From Bacilli bacterium (GTDB lineage: Bacteria; Bacillota_I; Bacilli_A; RF39; UBA660), in the NCBI GenBank assembly GCA_017476885.1, contig JAFUYX010000087.1, positions 1-41,594 on the forward strand: DNA of 41,594 bases. Reading direction: 5' to 3'. Below, in pieces: positions 19,197-28,882 of the stretch. Numbering within the stretch: position 1 is the stretch's first letter; the number at the start of each line of letters is the position of its first letter. Position numbers and translations under genes: made by a program. The notes beneath the pieces were generated by a model. That model was not told the DNA's origin and did no database searches. It worked only from the letters and a program-made list of their open reading frames with translations.

Positions 19197-20444
19197 TTAA
19201 TTATCAAAAAAGTAACCAAATAATCTTCCTAAAATAGAATTATCTTCTTCATTACTCTTTGACGATATTCTACATATACTTTCGATTTCTTCATCACTAA
19301 AAATGGAAAATTCCTGTTTTCTCATTTGTAACTTTTCATGAAAAAACTTAATAAATCCAACACTTGGAGAGTAAATGTTGCTACGAACACCAAGTTCTCT
19401 TACACTTGCAACTTTTGCGTTGTGTCCAAATACTTCCTCTAATGTTAAGGTAAAATTCTGCATTTCGCTTACTCCACCTGTTATCATTATATAATGAATT
19501 TCTTTTTTTGTTAAGAGATTTATTTCTTTTTTTGCCAGTTTTAAGATTTCTTCTAATCGCGAAGAAGAAATTTCAGTTGCTTCATATGCATTTATGACCA
19601 CTTCTTCACCAGAAATACTCGTATAACTTTTTTTATCACTAGCAAGCACTCCTCTAGTATGAGCAGAACACAAATTTTCTAAAACATCAGAAGCATCCTT
19701 TTTTGTAATTTTATACATATAACATAAATCTGCAATCATATTTTTAGAACCCATGTCAAACTTTGTCGTATTTGTTAATAATCCTTTATTAAAAATAGAC
19801 ACTTCCGTTTTTTGATATCCAATATTAATCATAGCACCCACACTAGAATCCATGTGAGAATTTCTACATTCATAATAATCCCCAATACTACCAAGTGTAA
19901 AATCAATAACTTCGACCCCAATACTGTCCAAACACTTTACAAGAGGAAGGGCATTCTCTCTTGGAATCGTCGTCACTAAAGTTTTAACCAATAGTTCATT
20001 TGCCTCAAGCCCAATAGGATCATCGACATTTCTTTCATCATCAATTCGATATGCTGTAGGCATAAGACTAACAATTTCCCTTTGCTCATCAATTTTATTG
20101 TAAGTGCTCCCTTGCAAAGCATGAATCAAATCACTCGTTTTAATAAGATGCTCATCATTGGTAATTGTTGTTTTACCTTCGCTTAAAAAGAACTCTGCCT
20201 CATCATTTGGAACAATTAAAAGAACCTGTTTAATAGAAATACCAAGCATACTTTCACATTTTGAAAATACTTCTTTAAGTTTTTCTATCAAAACAGAAGA
20301 ATCCACCACAGCCCCCTTCTTAACCCCAGCAGAAGAAACGCAAGAAGAAGATAAAATCTTCACTTGATTATTTTTTAATGTCTCTCCAACAACAAGTTTA
20401 ATGAAACGTGACCCCACATCTAAACTTGCCATGATATTCCGCAT
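19197..20444 (-). CDS. ftsA: Cell division protein FtsA
   Basis: SLDVGS..IK, GVKKG, ITGG, C-terminal amphipathic LGRLFGYFFDN; upstream of ftsZ. Confidence 0.92.
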   Translation of the reverse strand: MRNIMASLDVGSRFIKLVVGETLKNNQVKILSSSCVSSAGVKKGAVVDSSVLIEKLKEVFSKCESMLGISIKQVLLIVPNDEAEFFLSEGKTTITNDEHLIKTSDLIHALQGSTYNKIDEQREIVSLMPTAYRIDDERNVDDPIGLEANELLVKTLVTTIPRENALPLVKCLDSIGVEVIDFTLGSIGDYYECRNSHMDSSVGAMINIGYQKTEVSIFNKGLLTNTTKFDMGSKNMIADLCYMYKITKKDASDVLENLCSAHTRGVLASDKKSYTSISGEEVVINAYEATEISSSRLEEILKLAKKEINLLTKKEIHYIMITGGVSEMQNFTLTLEEVFGHNAKVASVRELGVRSNIYSPSVGFIKFFHEKLQMRKQEFSIFSDEEIESICRISSKSNEEDNSILGRLFGYFFDN

Positions 20445-20552
20445 AGTATCACCTTATCTTATAAAGTAATTATACAGAAAACCCTTTAAAAATACAATAC
20501 ACAATTTAAATGTTTCCAAAAAATAAAAAAGAAATTACAATTTGTAATCTCT

Positions 20553-20870
20553 TTAACGACAACAACGATTTTGATACACATTTTCTACTTCATCTACTTC
20601 AGAATAAGAATACATTGGTGTGTATGTATGATTATAAATATGATGGTTCACCACTGTAGTATGCATAGGAATAATATGAGGAACCCTATAATTCAATACT
20701 CTATGACATACTTGATTTTGAGGACATTCACAAATTGGAGGACATACAGACTCACAACTAGGAGGACAAGAAGGCATGCAATTACATCCATCCATCGTAT
20801 TATATCCTGAAGATTCTTGATAATTCATTTCAAAATAATCTCTTTCTCTTCCTTCATTTTTCATCATCAC
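20553..20870 (-). CDS. cotD: CotD-like spore coat protein
   Basis: Cys/Pro/His-rich, VPHIIPMHTTVVNHHIYNH motif; SigK-like promoter upstream. Confidence 0.75.
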   Translation of the reverse strand: MMMKNEGRERDYFEMNYQESSGYNTMDGCNCMPSCPPSCESVCPPICECPQNQVCHRVLNYRVPHIIPMHTTVVNHHIYNHTYTPMYSYSEVDEVENVYQNRCCR

Positions 20871-20890
20871 AATTCAATCCTTTCTAAAGT

Positions 20891-20917
20891 ATCCTATGCA
20901 AAAAAGAACCCAGTGTT
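20891..20917 (-). promoter_or_regulatory. SigK-type promoter of the cotD-like gene
   Basis: AC, 16 nt, CATAGGAT on the minus strand. Confidence 0.55.
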
Positions 20918-20936
20918 TAGGCTCTTTTATCAATTA

Positions 20937-22244
20937 TTAGAATGGCATTTTAAAATTTCCATTATTCAGCATTTTCATCATCTTTTTCATTTCTTCGAAT
21001 TGTTGTAATAAACGATTGATTTCTTCCACAGGTCTTCCACACCCTTTTGAAATTCTTTGCTTTCTAGAAGCCTTTAAAACCTCAGGATGTTTTCTTTCAT
21101 ATGGCGTCATCGAAAGAATAATTGCTTCCACATGAGCCATCTGTTTAGGATCAACTTCAATATGATTTAATCCCATTTTTCTCGCTTGAGGAAGTAGTTT
21201 AATAATATTTTCCAAAGGACCAAGTTTTTTAATCTGTTTCAAATTAGTTAAGAAATCTTCCAAATCATATTTTCCACTTTGCATTTTTTTAGCTTGATCT
21301 TTGGCTTCCTCTTCTGAGATAATATCTTCAACTTTTTCAGCAATGCCCATGATATCTCCCATATCTAAGATACGTTCAGCCATTCTTTCTGGATAGAAAG
21401 GAGATAACCCATCAAGTTTTTCACTATCTCCCACAAACTTAATAGGAACATGAGTAATATGACGAACAGAAAGGGCTACTCCACCTTTTGTATTTCCATC
21501 TAGCTTTGTTAAAATACAACCAGTCAAACTTAACTGATCATGAAACCCATTAATAACATTAATGGCATCTTGTCCCATCATTGCATCAATGACAAGCAAC
21601 TCTTCATGAGGATGAAACTTCTCTTCAATATCTTTTAACTCTTGCATTAATGCTTCATCAATTTGTAAACGTCCAGCCGTATCAATAATGACATAGTCAT
21701 TTTTATTCTCTTTGGCATAGACAAGAGCATGTTCAATAATTTCTAAAACACTTTTTTTACCTTCTTCATAAGCAGGGATATCTAAAGACTTTCCTAACGT
21801 TTTTAATTGCTCAATAGCAGCAGGACGATAGATATCACACGCTACAAGCAATGGATGTTTGGATTGCTTTTTTCTGAGATAATTAGCAAGCTTTCCAGCC
21901 GTTGTAGTTTTACCACTTCCTTGCAATCCAACAAGCATTAATAAAGTCGGATTATACTTTGTTTCAAGTTCCACAGCATCTTTTCCGAGTAAAGCAATTA
22001 ATTCATCTTTTACAAGTTTAATAAACAACTCATCGGGCTTTAAATTCTTTCCAACTTCTAACCCTAATGCTTTTTCTTTAACACTAGAAACAAACTCTTT
22101 TACAACTTGATAATTCACATCGGCTTCCAAAAGAGCCATTCTTATCTCTCTCATGGCATCATTAATATTTTCTTCCGTAATTTTACCCATACCTCTGATA
22201 TTTTTAATCGCACCACTTAAACGATCTCCTAAGTATTCAAACAT
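20937..22244 (-). CDS. ffh: Signal recognition particle protein Ffh
   Basis: ALLEADVN, GLQGSGKTTT, DTAGR, TKLDG, SMTPYER M-domain. Confidence 0.97.
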   Translation of the reverse strand: MFEYLGDRLSGAIKNIRGMGKITEENINDAMREIRMALLEADVNYQVVKEFVSSVKEKALGLEVGKNLKPDELFIKLVKDELIALLGKDAVELETKYNPTLLMLVGLQGSGKTTTAGKLANYLRKKQSKHPLLVACDIYRPAAIEQLKTLGKSLDIPAYEEGKKSVLEIIEHALVYAKENKNDYVIIDTAGRLQIDEALMQELKDIEEKFHPHEELLVIDAMMGQDAINVINGFHDQLSLTGCILTKLDGNTKGGVALSVRHITHVPIKFVGDSEKLDGLSPFYPERMAERILDMGDIMGIAEKVEDIISEEEAKDQAKKMQSGKYDLEDFLTNLKQIKKLGPLENIIKLLPQARKMGLNHIEVDPKQMAHVEAIILSMTPYERKHPEVLKASRKQRISKGCGRPVEEINRLLQQFEEMKKMMKMLNNGNFKMPF

Positions 22245-22315
22245 AATGTATTCCTCATTTCTCTACTCTATTATACAAAACTTTTTAAAAAAAGAAAAGA
22301 ATTCTAGAAGAATCC

Positions 22316-22834
22316 TCAGGAAAGATACTTTAAAATCACTTGATATTCTTTTATTAATCTTTCCAATGAATACGATGCATTGGCTGAAGACGTAGAAGGA
22401 AGAGGAATATCATTTATTTTATAAAGGGGATACAAATATTTCTGATAAATCTCATGAGCCTTTTTTCCTGTTGTAATAATGGCTTTAATCTCTGCCTTAT
22501 TTAGAATAATAGATAAATCTTGAACTTTAATACTTGTAATCGAACTATCACTAGAGCCTTGGATTTCACAAGAAGAAATCGTGTCCCAAAGAGCGAGATG
22601 ATGTCTAAGGCAAAACTCTTTTTTATCTTCAATTTTTTCTTGAAAAACCCCCTCCAATACTTTCCAAAAACGATTCTGAGGATGCATATAATAAAAATGA
22701 AATTCTCTCGATTTTACACTTGGTAAACTCCCTAAAATCAGTACTTTACTTTGTTCATCAAAAACAGGAGCTAATTCATGGTAAACTCTCATATTCATAG
22801 AAAAAGAAGAATTACTTCTTCTCCATAGTTTCAC
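22316..22834 (-). CDS. DNA-deoxyinosine glycosylase (UDG superfamily)
   Basis: LILGSLPS..S..FYY.HPQNRFW, ALWD, GSSDSSI, LPSTSSANA. Confidence 0.88.
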   Translation of the reverse strand: MKLWRRSNSSFSMNMRVYHELAPVFDEQSKVLILGSLPSVKSREFHFYYMHPQNRFWKVLEGVFQEKIEDKKEFCLRHHLALWDTISSCEIQGSSDSSITSIKVQDLSIILNKAEIKAIITTGKKAHEIYQKYLYPLYKINDIPLPSTSSANASYSLERLIKEYQVILKYLS

Positions 22835-23696
22835 TTAGAACTGTAGCAAAAGAGGCTACTTGACTCATATCAGCAGGTAAAATAATCTTTGTAGATTGTC
22901 CATCTGCCACTTTAGATAACGTCTCATAAGATTTTAATTGCAAAACACTAGAATCCACTTTGGCCTCTTTTAAAAGTTTTAAACCTTCCGCTTCAGCCGT
23001 TTTTAATTTTAACAACGCTTCAGCCTCTCCCTCAGCTCTTTTAATTCTTGCTTCTTTATCAGCCTCTGCTCTTAAGATAGCGCTTTCTTTTTCACCTTCA
23101 GCAATTAAAATACTAGATTTTTTCTCTCCTTCTGCTTGAAGAATCTTTTCTCTTCTTTCTCTTTCTGCACGCATTTGCTTTTCCATGGCATCTTGAATAT
23201 CCCTTGGAGGTAAAATGTTTTTGACTTCTACACGATTTACTTTAATTCCCCATGGGTCAGTTGCCTCATCTAAAATGGAACGCATCTTTGTATTAATAAT
23301 ATCACGAGAGGTTAAGGTTTGATCCAACTCTAAATCTCCAATGATATTTCTTAGAGTAGTTGCCGTTAAAGACTCAATTGCAGAGATAGGATACTCTACT
23401 CCATAAGTATATAACTTAGGATCAGTAATTTGAAAATACACTACCGTATCAATTTGCATGGTAACATTATCCTTAGTAATCACAGGTTGAGGGTCAAAAT
23501 CACGAACCATTTCTTTTAAAACAACCATATTTGAAATACGATCAATAAATGGTATTTTAAAATGAACTCCATTATGCCAAATCGTGTAGAATGAACCAAG
23601 TCTTTCAATCACATAAGCTTTTGACTGAGGTACAATCTTAATACAAGGGATTACAATAATACAAATTAATATTAACAATACTACAAAAAATTCCAT
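22812..23696 (-). CDS. SPFH/Band 7 (QmcA-like) membrane protein
   Basis: VIERLG, PQPVITKDNV, LDEATDPWGIKVNRVE, QMRAERERR. Confidence 0.93.
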   Translation of the reverse strand: MEFFVVLLILICIIVIPCIKIVPQSKAYVIERLGSFYTIWHNGVHFKIPFIDRISNMVVLKEMVRDFDPQPVITKDNVTMQIDTVVYFQITDPKLYTYGVEYPISAIESLTATTLRNIIGDLELDQTLTSRDIINTKMRSILDEATDPWGIKVNRVEVKNILPPRDIQDAMEKQMRAERERREKILQAEGEKKSSILIAEGEKESAILRAEADKEARIKRAEGEAEALLKLKTAEAEGLKLLKEAKVDSSVLQLKSYETLSKVADGQSTKIILPADMSQVASFATVLSETMEKK

Positions 23697-24499
23697 TATT
23701 TATTCACTCCTTTTTCTTTGGATTTATTCTTGTTAGAAGAACTCTTCTTAGATTGTTTTTTCTTCTTAGAAGAAGAATTCTTTGGCTTAGAACTCTCATT
23801 TTTCATTGGAGTCTTTTTTGCTTCTTCTACTACAGGAGACTCTAACTCTGTTGAAATAGGACTCTCTTCTAACTCTATTTTCTCCTTTTCTAGAGATGGA
23901 TTCTCTTCTTGAGTTTCAGGTGAATCTAGTACTGGTTCTACGATGGATTCTTCTACGAAAGGAGTCTTAGTTGCATCTTCATTACTCTTTATTTCTTCCT
24001 CTGTTAAAGGAGCCTCAATTTCTTGAGGAAGTAGAGTCTCCTCCGGTTCATTTCGAACTACATTTAGTTTAACCCCTTCCATTTTTTCCACTAAAATCAT
24101 CGTATCTACTGCAAGTTCTTCAGAAGAGGTCGCACTCCAAAGCTTTCCATCTACTTTGACTTCTCCTATTCTTCCCGGTTTAATTTCTTCGGTCACAATT
24201 CCTGGCATGCCAATGACTCGTTCTAAATTGAGTTTCTCTAAATCTTTATTCATCAGTTTATCTAGCAACGGCTTCGTGCAAATCATAAGAATTATACCTA
24301 CCACTACAAAAAACCCAAATTGCCATGCTAAACTATCTACAAACAAAGATAAGATTAAAGCTAGTATTCCACTGGCAATAAACCAAACAGAAACTAAATT
24401 CACCGTTGCAAATTCTAAAATCGTTAGTAAAATAACCACCATTAACCACATAGCCCAATAATTCATGAATATACCTCTTTTCTTAACCTTATTATACAA
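23696..24499 (-). CDS. NfeD family protein with long acidic then basic disordered tail
   Basis: TM helices plus GEVKVDGKLWSA OB-fold motif; coupled to the SPFH gene. Confidence 0.88.
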   Translation of the reverse strand: MYNKVKKRGIFMNYWAMWLMVVILLTILEFATVNLVSVWFIASGILALILSLFVDSLAWQFGFFVVVGIILMICTKPLLDKLMNKDLEKLNLERVIGMPGIVTEEIKPGRIGEVKVDGKLWSATSSEELAVDTMILVEKMEGVKLNVVRNEPEETLLPQEIEAPLTEEEIKSNEDATKTPFVEESIVEPVLDSPETQEENPSLEKEKIELEESPISTELESPVVEEAKKTPMKNESSKPKNSSSKKKKQSKKSSSNKNKSKEKGVNK

Positions 24500-24545
24500 A
24501 GATTATGCTAGAGTTTCAAGAATTATCCAAGTTAAAAGAACCTAC

Positions 24546-25418
24546 TTACATAGATTCTTTTAACTTAGAGATTTCATTTATAGATAAACCTGTTGTTTTA
24601 GCGATTGTCTGTAGACCTAAATTTTCAGCAAGTAAATTCTTGGCTATTTCCAATGCTTTTTCTTTAGAACCTTGTTCAATGCCTTGTTCAAGGCCAGCGT
24701 TAAAATAACTTTGTTCATCAATTTCTTTTCTTTTTTCATAAACAAATTGATCGAGTCCATCCATAAATTCATCGACGTCTTTTTTCACTTGTTCCATGAT
24801 TTCATCTCCCTTGTAAAGATTACTTAATACTTCTTCGTTCGAATTTACAAAAAAATATAAGCACTTCTCTAATGAATGTTCTTCACTGACAAGTTCATTA
24901 TAACTGATTTCATCTAAAAATGGAAGGTTAATATCATAGATAACAGGCATTTCTTCTAACTCTTCTAATAAGTCGTTTTCTAAAGTGCTACTTCTATAGA
25001 TAAATTTCTTTTTCTTAAATCTTTGATATCCGTCTAACTGAATTAGAATAGGCCTTTTGTACTTCTTATAATCACTTTTAAAACGAATACCTTTTAACAT
25101 CAAAGAGGCTGTATATAAAGCGTTTTTGACTAGTCCATCTTTATATTTGTTATAGTTGATTTCAATATCAATCCAATCGTTATTTAAAGAATAAACTAGG
25201 TCCGCTTCGTGATTGACGTTTGTCTTGAAATTTGCTAGTAGATTTGGATTAGGAACTATGTTTTTTTTCACATCTTCAAAAGGAATATCTAGAACTTTAC
25301 TGATAATTAAAGAAGCATAAGATAAGGAACTTGGAAAACTACTAAATACTTTTCTAGCTACCTCATCTCTTAAGAAGACCTTTTCTTCTTTTTCAAGAGT
25401 ATCAATCATAGATTTCAC
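24546..25418 (-). CDS. Rpn-family / PD-(D/E)XK nuclease ('transposase-like')
   Basis: ADLV...IDIEIN catalytic-type motif; C-terminal GLEQGIEQG..EKALEIAKNLL...IAKTTGLS..EI. Likely start ATG 25409. Confidence 0.8.
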   Translation of the reverse strand: MKSMIDTLEKEEKVFLRDEVARKVFSSFPSSLSYASLIISKVLDIPFEDVKKNIVPNPNLLANFKTNVNHEADLVYSLNNDWIDIEINYNKYKDGLVKNALYTASLMLKGIRFKSDYKKYKRPILIQLDGYQRFKKKKFIYRSSTLENDLLEELEEMPVIYDINLPFLDEISYNELVSEEHSLEKCLYFFVNSNEEVLSNLYKGDEIMEQVKKDVDEFMDGLDQFVYEKRKEIDEQSYFNAGLEQGIEQGSKEKALEIAKNLLAENLGLQTIAKTTGLSINEISKLKESM

Positions 25419-25526
25419 CCCCTTTCTTAAGTTTGCTATGCTAGCACAAAAAGAGGGTGAAATATGTCGAATTATGAGGAAACATAAAAAAAGTATCTAT
25501 ATAACCTATAAATACTTTTAAAAATA

Positions 25527-28500
25527 TTAATTTTTTTGAATATCTAAGAATACCTCTTCCCCATTTAAGTCATACTTATTCTCAAGATTGTCTTTTAATG
25601 TCATCTCGGTAGCTAAGGTTTCTTCCATAATATAATCTTTAAATAGTTCTAAGGCTTTCTTAAATTTTTCCGTACCAGAGTAAAACAAAGCAATTCGATC
25701 TACGACATTGAAATCCATCGATTTTCTTAAATTTTGAACTTTACTTACTAGTTCTCTTGCAAGTCCTTCTAAGATTAATTCTTCATCACGGTTTGTATCT
25801 AAGATAACAAAGTTTCTTCCTTCCATTGTAACATTAAAGCCTTCTCTAGATTCTACCCTGATATCTACCATTTCAGGAGTGATTTCTAAATCCTCACCAT
25901 CAAAAGATACTATAATACTATCTCCCTTTTCTAAAGCCTCGATTTGTTCTACAGACAAACTTTCAAGTAAAGTTTGATATTGTCTCATCTTAGCACCAAA
26001 CATCTTACCAACTACTTTAAAATTGGGTTTTACAGTAAAGTTCATATATTCAGATAAATTAGCAATAAACTCTACATTCTTTACATTTAATTCTTCCTGA
26101 ATTAAAGAAACGAGATTATCTATAGTACTTTTTACTTTACCATCTAAATATAGAGTTCTTAATGGTTCACGCACCTTTATCTTTACTTCTTCTCTAGCGT
26201 TTCTTCCTAAAGTAATGATAGTTCTTACTAAATCCATCTTCTCTTCTAAATCATCATGAATATACTTCGATTCATAGGTTGGATAATTGGCCAAATGAAC
26301 AGAATCTTCTCCCGTTAATTTTTGATACATTTCTTCCGTGACAAATGGAATAATTGGCGCACATAGTTTACACAATCCAGTTAATACTTCATAAGTAGTG
26401 ATATAAACTGATTTCTTAGAATCATTTAGTTCACTCGCCCAGAAGCGATCTCGATTTCTTCGAATATACCAATTAGACAAATCTTCTGAAACAAAATTCG
26501 TTAAATTTTTAACAACAACATGCAAGTCAAAAGCATCAAACCCTGCGCGTACCTCTTTAACAAGTTTGTGATACTTAGAAATTAACCACTGATCAATTTC
26601 TTCTCGATCTTCAATCTTAATAGTGCACTGATTGATATCAATCCCATCAATATTGGCATAAGTTTGAAAGAAACTATAAGTATTTTTTAATGGATTAAAG
26701 AACTTCGAATAAACCTCTTTTAACCCATCTTCATCAAACTTTAAAGGAGTCCAAACAGGAGATACATAAGGAATATAGAAACGGATCACATCACTACCAT
26801 ATTTTTCCATCAAACTAAATGGTTCAATTGCATTTCCCTTACTCTTATGCATTTTTTGTCCATTTTTATCAAGTAGTAACTCATTAACTAAAACATTCTT
26901 ATAAGGACTATGACCGGTTACAAACACACCTAAAACTAGTAATGAATAGAACCATCCTCTAGTCTGATCAATTCCTTCACAAATAAAGTCTGCTGGATAT
27001 TGGGAGTCCCATAACTCTTTGTTTTCAAATGGATAATGATATTGAGCAAAAGGCATCGCTCCTGAATCAAACCAACAATCAATTACTTCTTCTACTCTGT
27101 TCATGACCTTGCCACACTTTGGACAAGTAAGATGAATATCATCTACAAAAGGTCTGTGTAAATCTAACGTTTTTATATCAAGATCTTCTACTGCTTTTTC
27201 TTTCAATTCATTTCTTGAGCCAATCATCTCTTCATGACCACATTCACATACCCACAAAGGAAGAGGACAACCCCAGTACCTATTTCTAGAAATAGCCCAG
27301 TCATTCATATTTTCTAGCCAATTGCCAAAACGTTTTTCCCCTACAAAAGAAGGATACCAATTCACTTTCTGATTCTCTTCAATAATTTGATCTTTTAACT
27401 TGGTTACTTCAAGATAATAACTAGGTCTAGAATAATATACTAAAGGACTATGACATCTCCAACAATGAGGATACTCATGTTCCATTTTTTGCTTTTTAAA
27501 TAACTTATCATTTTCTTTTAACCATTGAATAACTTCTAAATCAGCCTCAAATACGAGCATTCCCTTCCAAGGACCATCACTGTAACATCCATCTTCTCCA
27601 ACAGGATTAAAATACGCTAGTTTGTAATTCTTACCAACTTTAGCATCATCTTCTCCAAATGCTGGAGCAATGTGTACTATTCCAGTTCCATCTGTTGTAG
27701 TGACATAACTATCACAGGTTACAATAAAGCCATTTTCACTTTCTTTTTTAGATAGGAAAGGCATCAACTGTTCATACTCAACATTTTCTAGTTCTTTTCC
27801 TTTAAATGTATCTATAATCTCAATATCTTCTCCTAAAACAGCAGTTGCTAAATCTTTAGCGAGGATAAAAGTATAGTCTTTTGATTTAACACGTGCGTAA
27901 TCCACTTCAGGATTAACACATAAGGCAATATTAGAAATCAAAGTCCAAGGAGTCGTGGTCCAAACAAGGAAATACTCATCCTTATCTTTTCGTTTAAAAG
28001 GAACATAAACCGTATTAGCAGTCACGGTTTCATATCCTTGAGCAACCTCGTGAGACGCAAGTCCAGTTCCACATCTAGGACACCAAGGAACAATTTTCAC
28101 TCCTTGATAGAATAATCCCTCATCAAAGAATTTCTTCAAAATCCACCATTCTGTCTCAATATAGTTATTGTCATAGGTAATATATGGATGTTCTAGATCA
28201 ATGAATTGTCCCATTTCATTAGTAAGTCTGTTAAATGCATCCACGTTTTTCCAAACAGATTCTCTACACTTTTGATTGAATGCCTCAATTCCATAAGCCT
28301 CGATATCTTTCTTTCCAGAAAAACCTAGTTCCTTTTCTACCTGTACTTCTACTGGAAGACCATGCGTATCCCAACCAACTTTCCTTAAAACCTTAAATTG
28401 ATCCATCGTTTTGTATTTACCAAACGTATCTTTCAAAAACTTCGCAACCATATGATGAAGTCCAGGATTTCCGTTAGCTGTAGCTGGTCCATCATAAAAA

Positions 28501-28628
28501 ACCCAAGAATCACAATTTTCTCTATTTTCAATAGTTTTTTCTAAAATATGTTTCTTTTGCCAACCTTCCAAAATTGATTTTTCTACTTCACTGGTACTTC
28601 TCTTATCCAGTTCTTCAAATTTTTTCAT
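25527..28628 (-). CDS. ileS: Isoleucine--tRNA ligase, type 2
   Basis: DGPATANGNPGLHH, GWDTHGLPVE, WTTTPWTL, DWAISRNRYWG, KMHKS; start refined to ATG 28628. Confidence 0.96.
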   Translation of the reverse strand: MKKFEELDKRSTSEVEKSILEGWQKKHILEKTIENRENCDSWVFYDGPATANGNPGLHHMVAKFLKDTFGKYKTMDQFKVLRKVGWDTHGLPVEVQVEKELGFSGKKDIEAYGIEAFNQKCRESVWKNVDAFNRLTNEMGQFIDLEHPYITYDNNYIETEWWILKKFFDEGLFYQGVKIVPWCPRCGTGLASHEVAQGYETVTANTVYVPFKRKDKDEYFLVWTTTPWTLISNIALCVNPEVDYARVKSKDYTFILAKDLATAVLGEDIEIIDTFKGKELENVEYEQLMPFLSKKESENGFIVTCDSYVTTTDGTGIVHIAPAFGEDDAKVGKNYKLAYFNPVGEDGCYSDGPWKGMLVFEADLEVIQWLKENDKLFKKQKMEHEYPHCWRCHSPLVYYSRPSYYLEVTKLKDQIIEENQKVNWYPSFVGEKRFGNWLENMNDWAISRNRYWGCPLPLWVCECGHEEMIGSRNELKEKAVEDLDIKTLDLHRPFVDDIHLTCPKCGKVMNRVEEVIDCWFDSGAMPFAQYHYPFENKELWDSQYPADFICEGIDQTRGWFYSLLVLGVFVTGHSPYKNVLVNELLLDKNGQKMHKSKGNAIEPFSLMEKYGSDVIRFYIPYVSPVWTPLKFDEDGLKEVYSKFFNPLKNTYSFFQTYANIDGIDINQCTIKIEDREEIDQWLISKYHKLVKEVRAGFDAFDLHVVVKNLTNFVSEDLSNWYIRRNRDRFWASELNDSKKSVYITTYEVLTGLCKLCAPIIPFVTEEMYQKLTGEDSVHLANYPTYESKYIHDDLEEKMDLVRTIITLGRNAREEVKIKVREPLRTLYLDGKVKSTIDNLVSLIQEELNVKNVEFIANLSEYMNFTVKPNFKVVGKMFGAKMRQYQTLLESLSVEQIEALEKGDSIIVSFDGEDLEITPEMVDIRVESREGFNVTMEGRNFVILDTNRDEELILEGLARELVSKVQNLRKSMDFNVVDRIALFYSGTEKFKKALELFKDYIMEETLATEMTLKDNLENKYDLNGEEVFLDIQKN

Positions 28629-28654
28629 AAACATCACCTTTCTTAAAAATAAAA

Positions 28655-28815
28655 AGAATGATACCAAAGGAGTCTAGAAAGTAGACGGTACCATCCTTAT
28701 TTTTACTTAATTATCTGTATCGTAGACCTACGTCAAAAACCCTTTGAAGTGATACTCTATATATTCTCCTATCTTGATTTCACCAAACACAAGATTCTCT
28801 TTTCCAGTGCCCTAT
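28655..28815 (-). promoter_or_regulatory. T-box riboswitch (Ile) upstream of ileS
   Basis: AGAGA and GGTGAAA stem I motifs, ATC specifier (GAGT-ATC-A), T-box AAGGATGGTACCG; promoter TTGACT-17-TATAAT at 28877-28849. Confidence 0.8.
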
Positions 28816-28882
28816 ATAAAACATGTCTTCTTTTTTGAATGCACATATATTATAGAAAAGAAACATGAAAAAGTCAAACACT

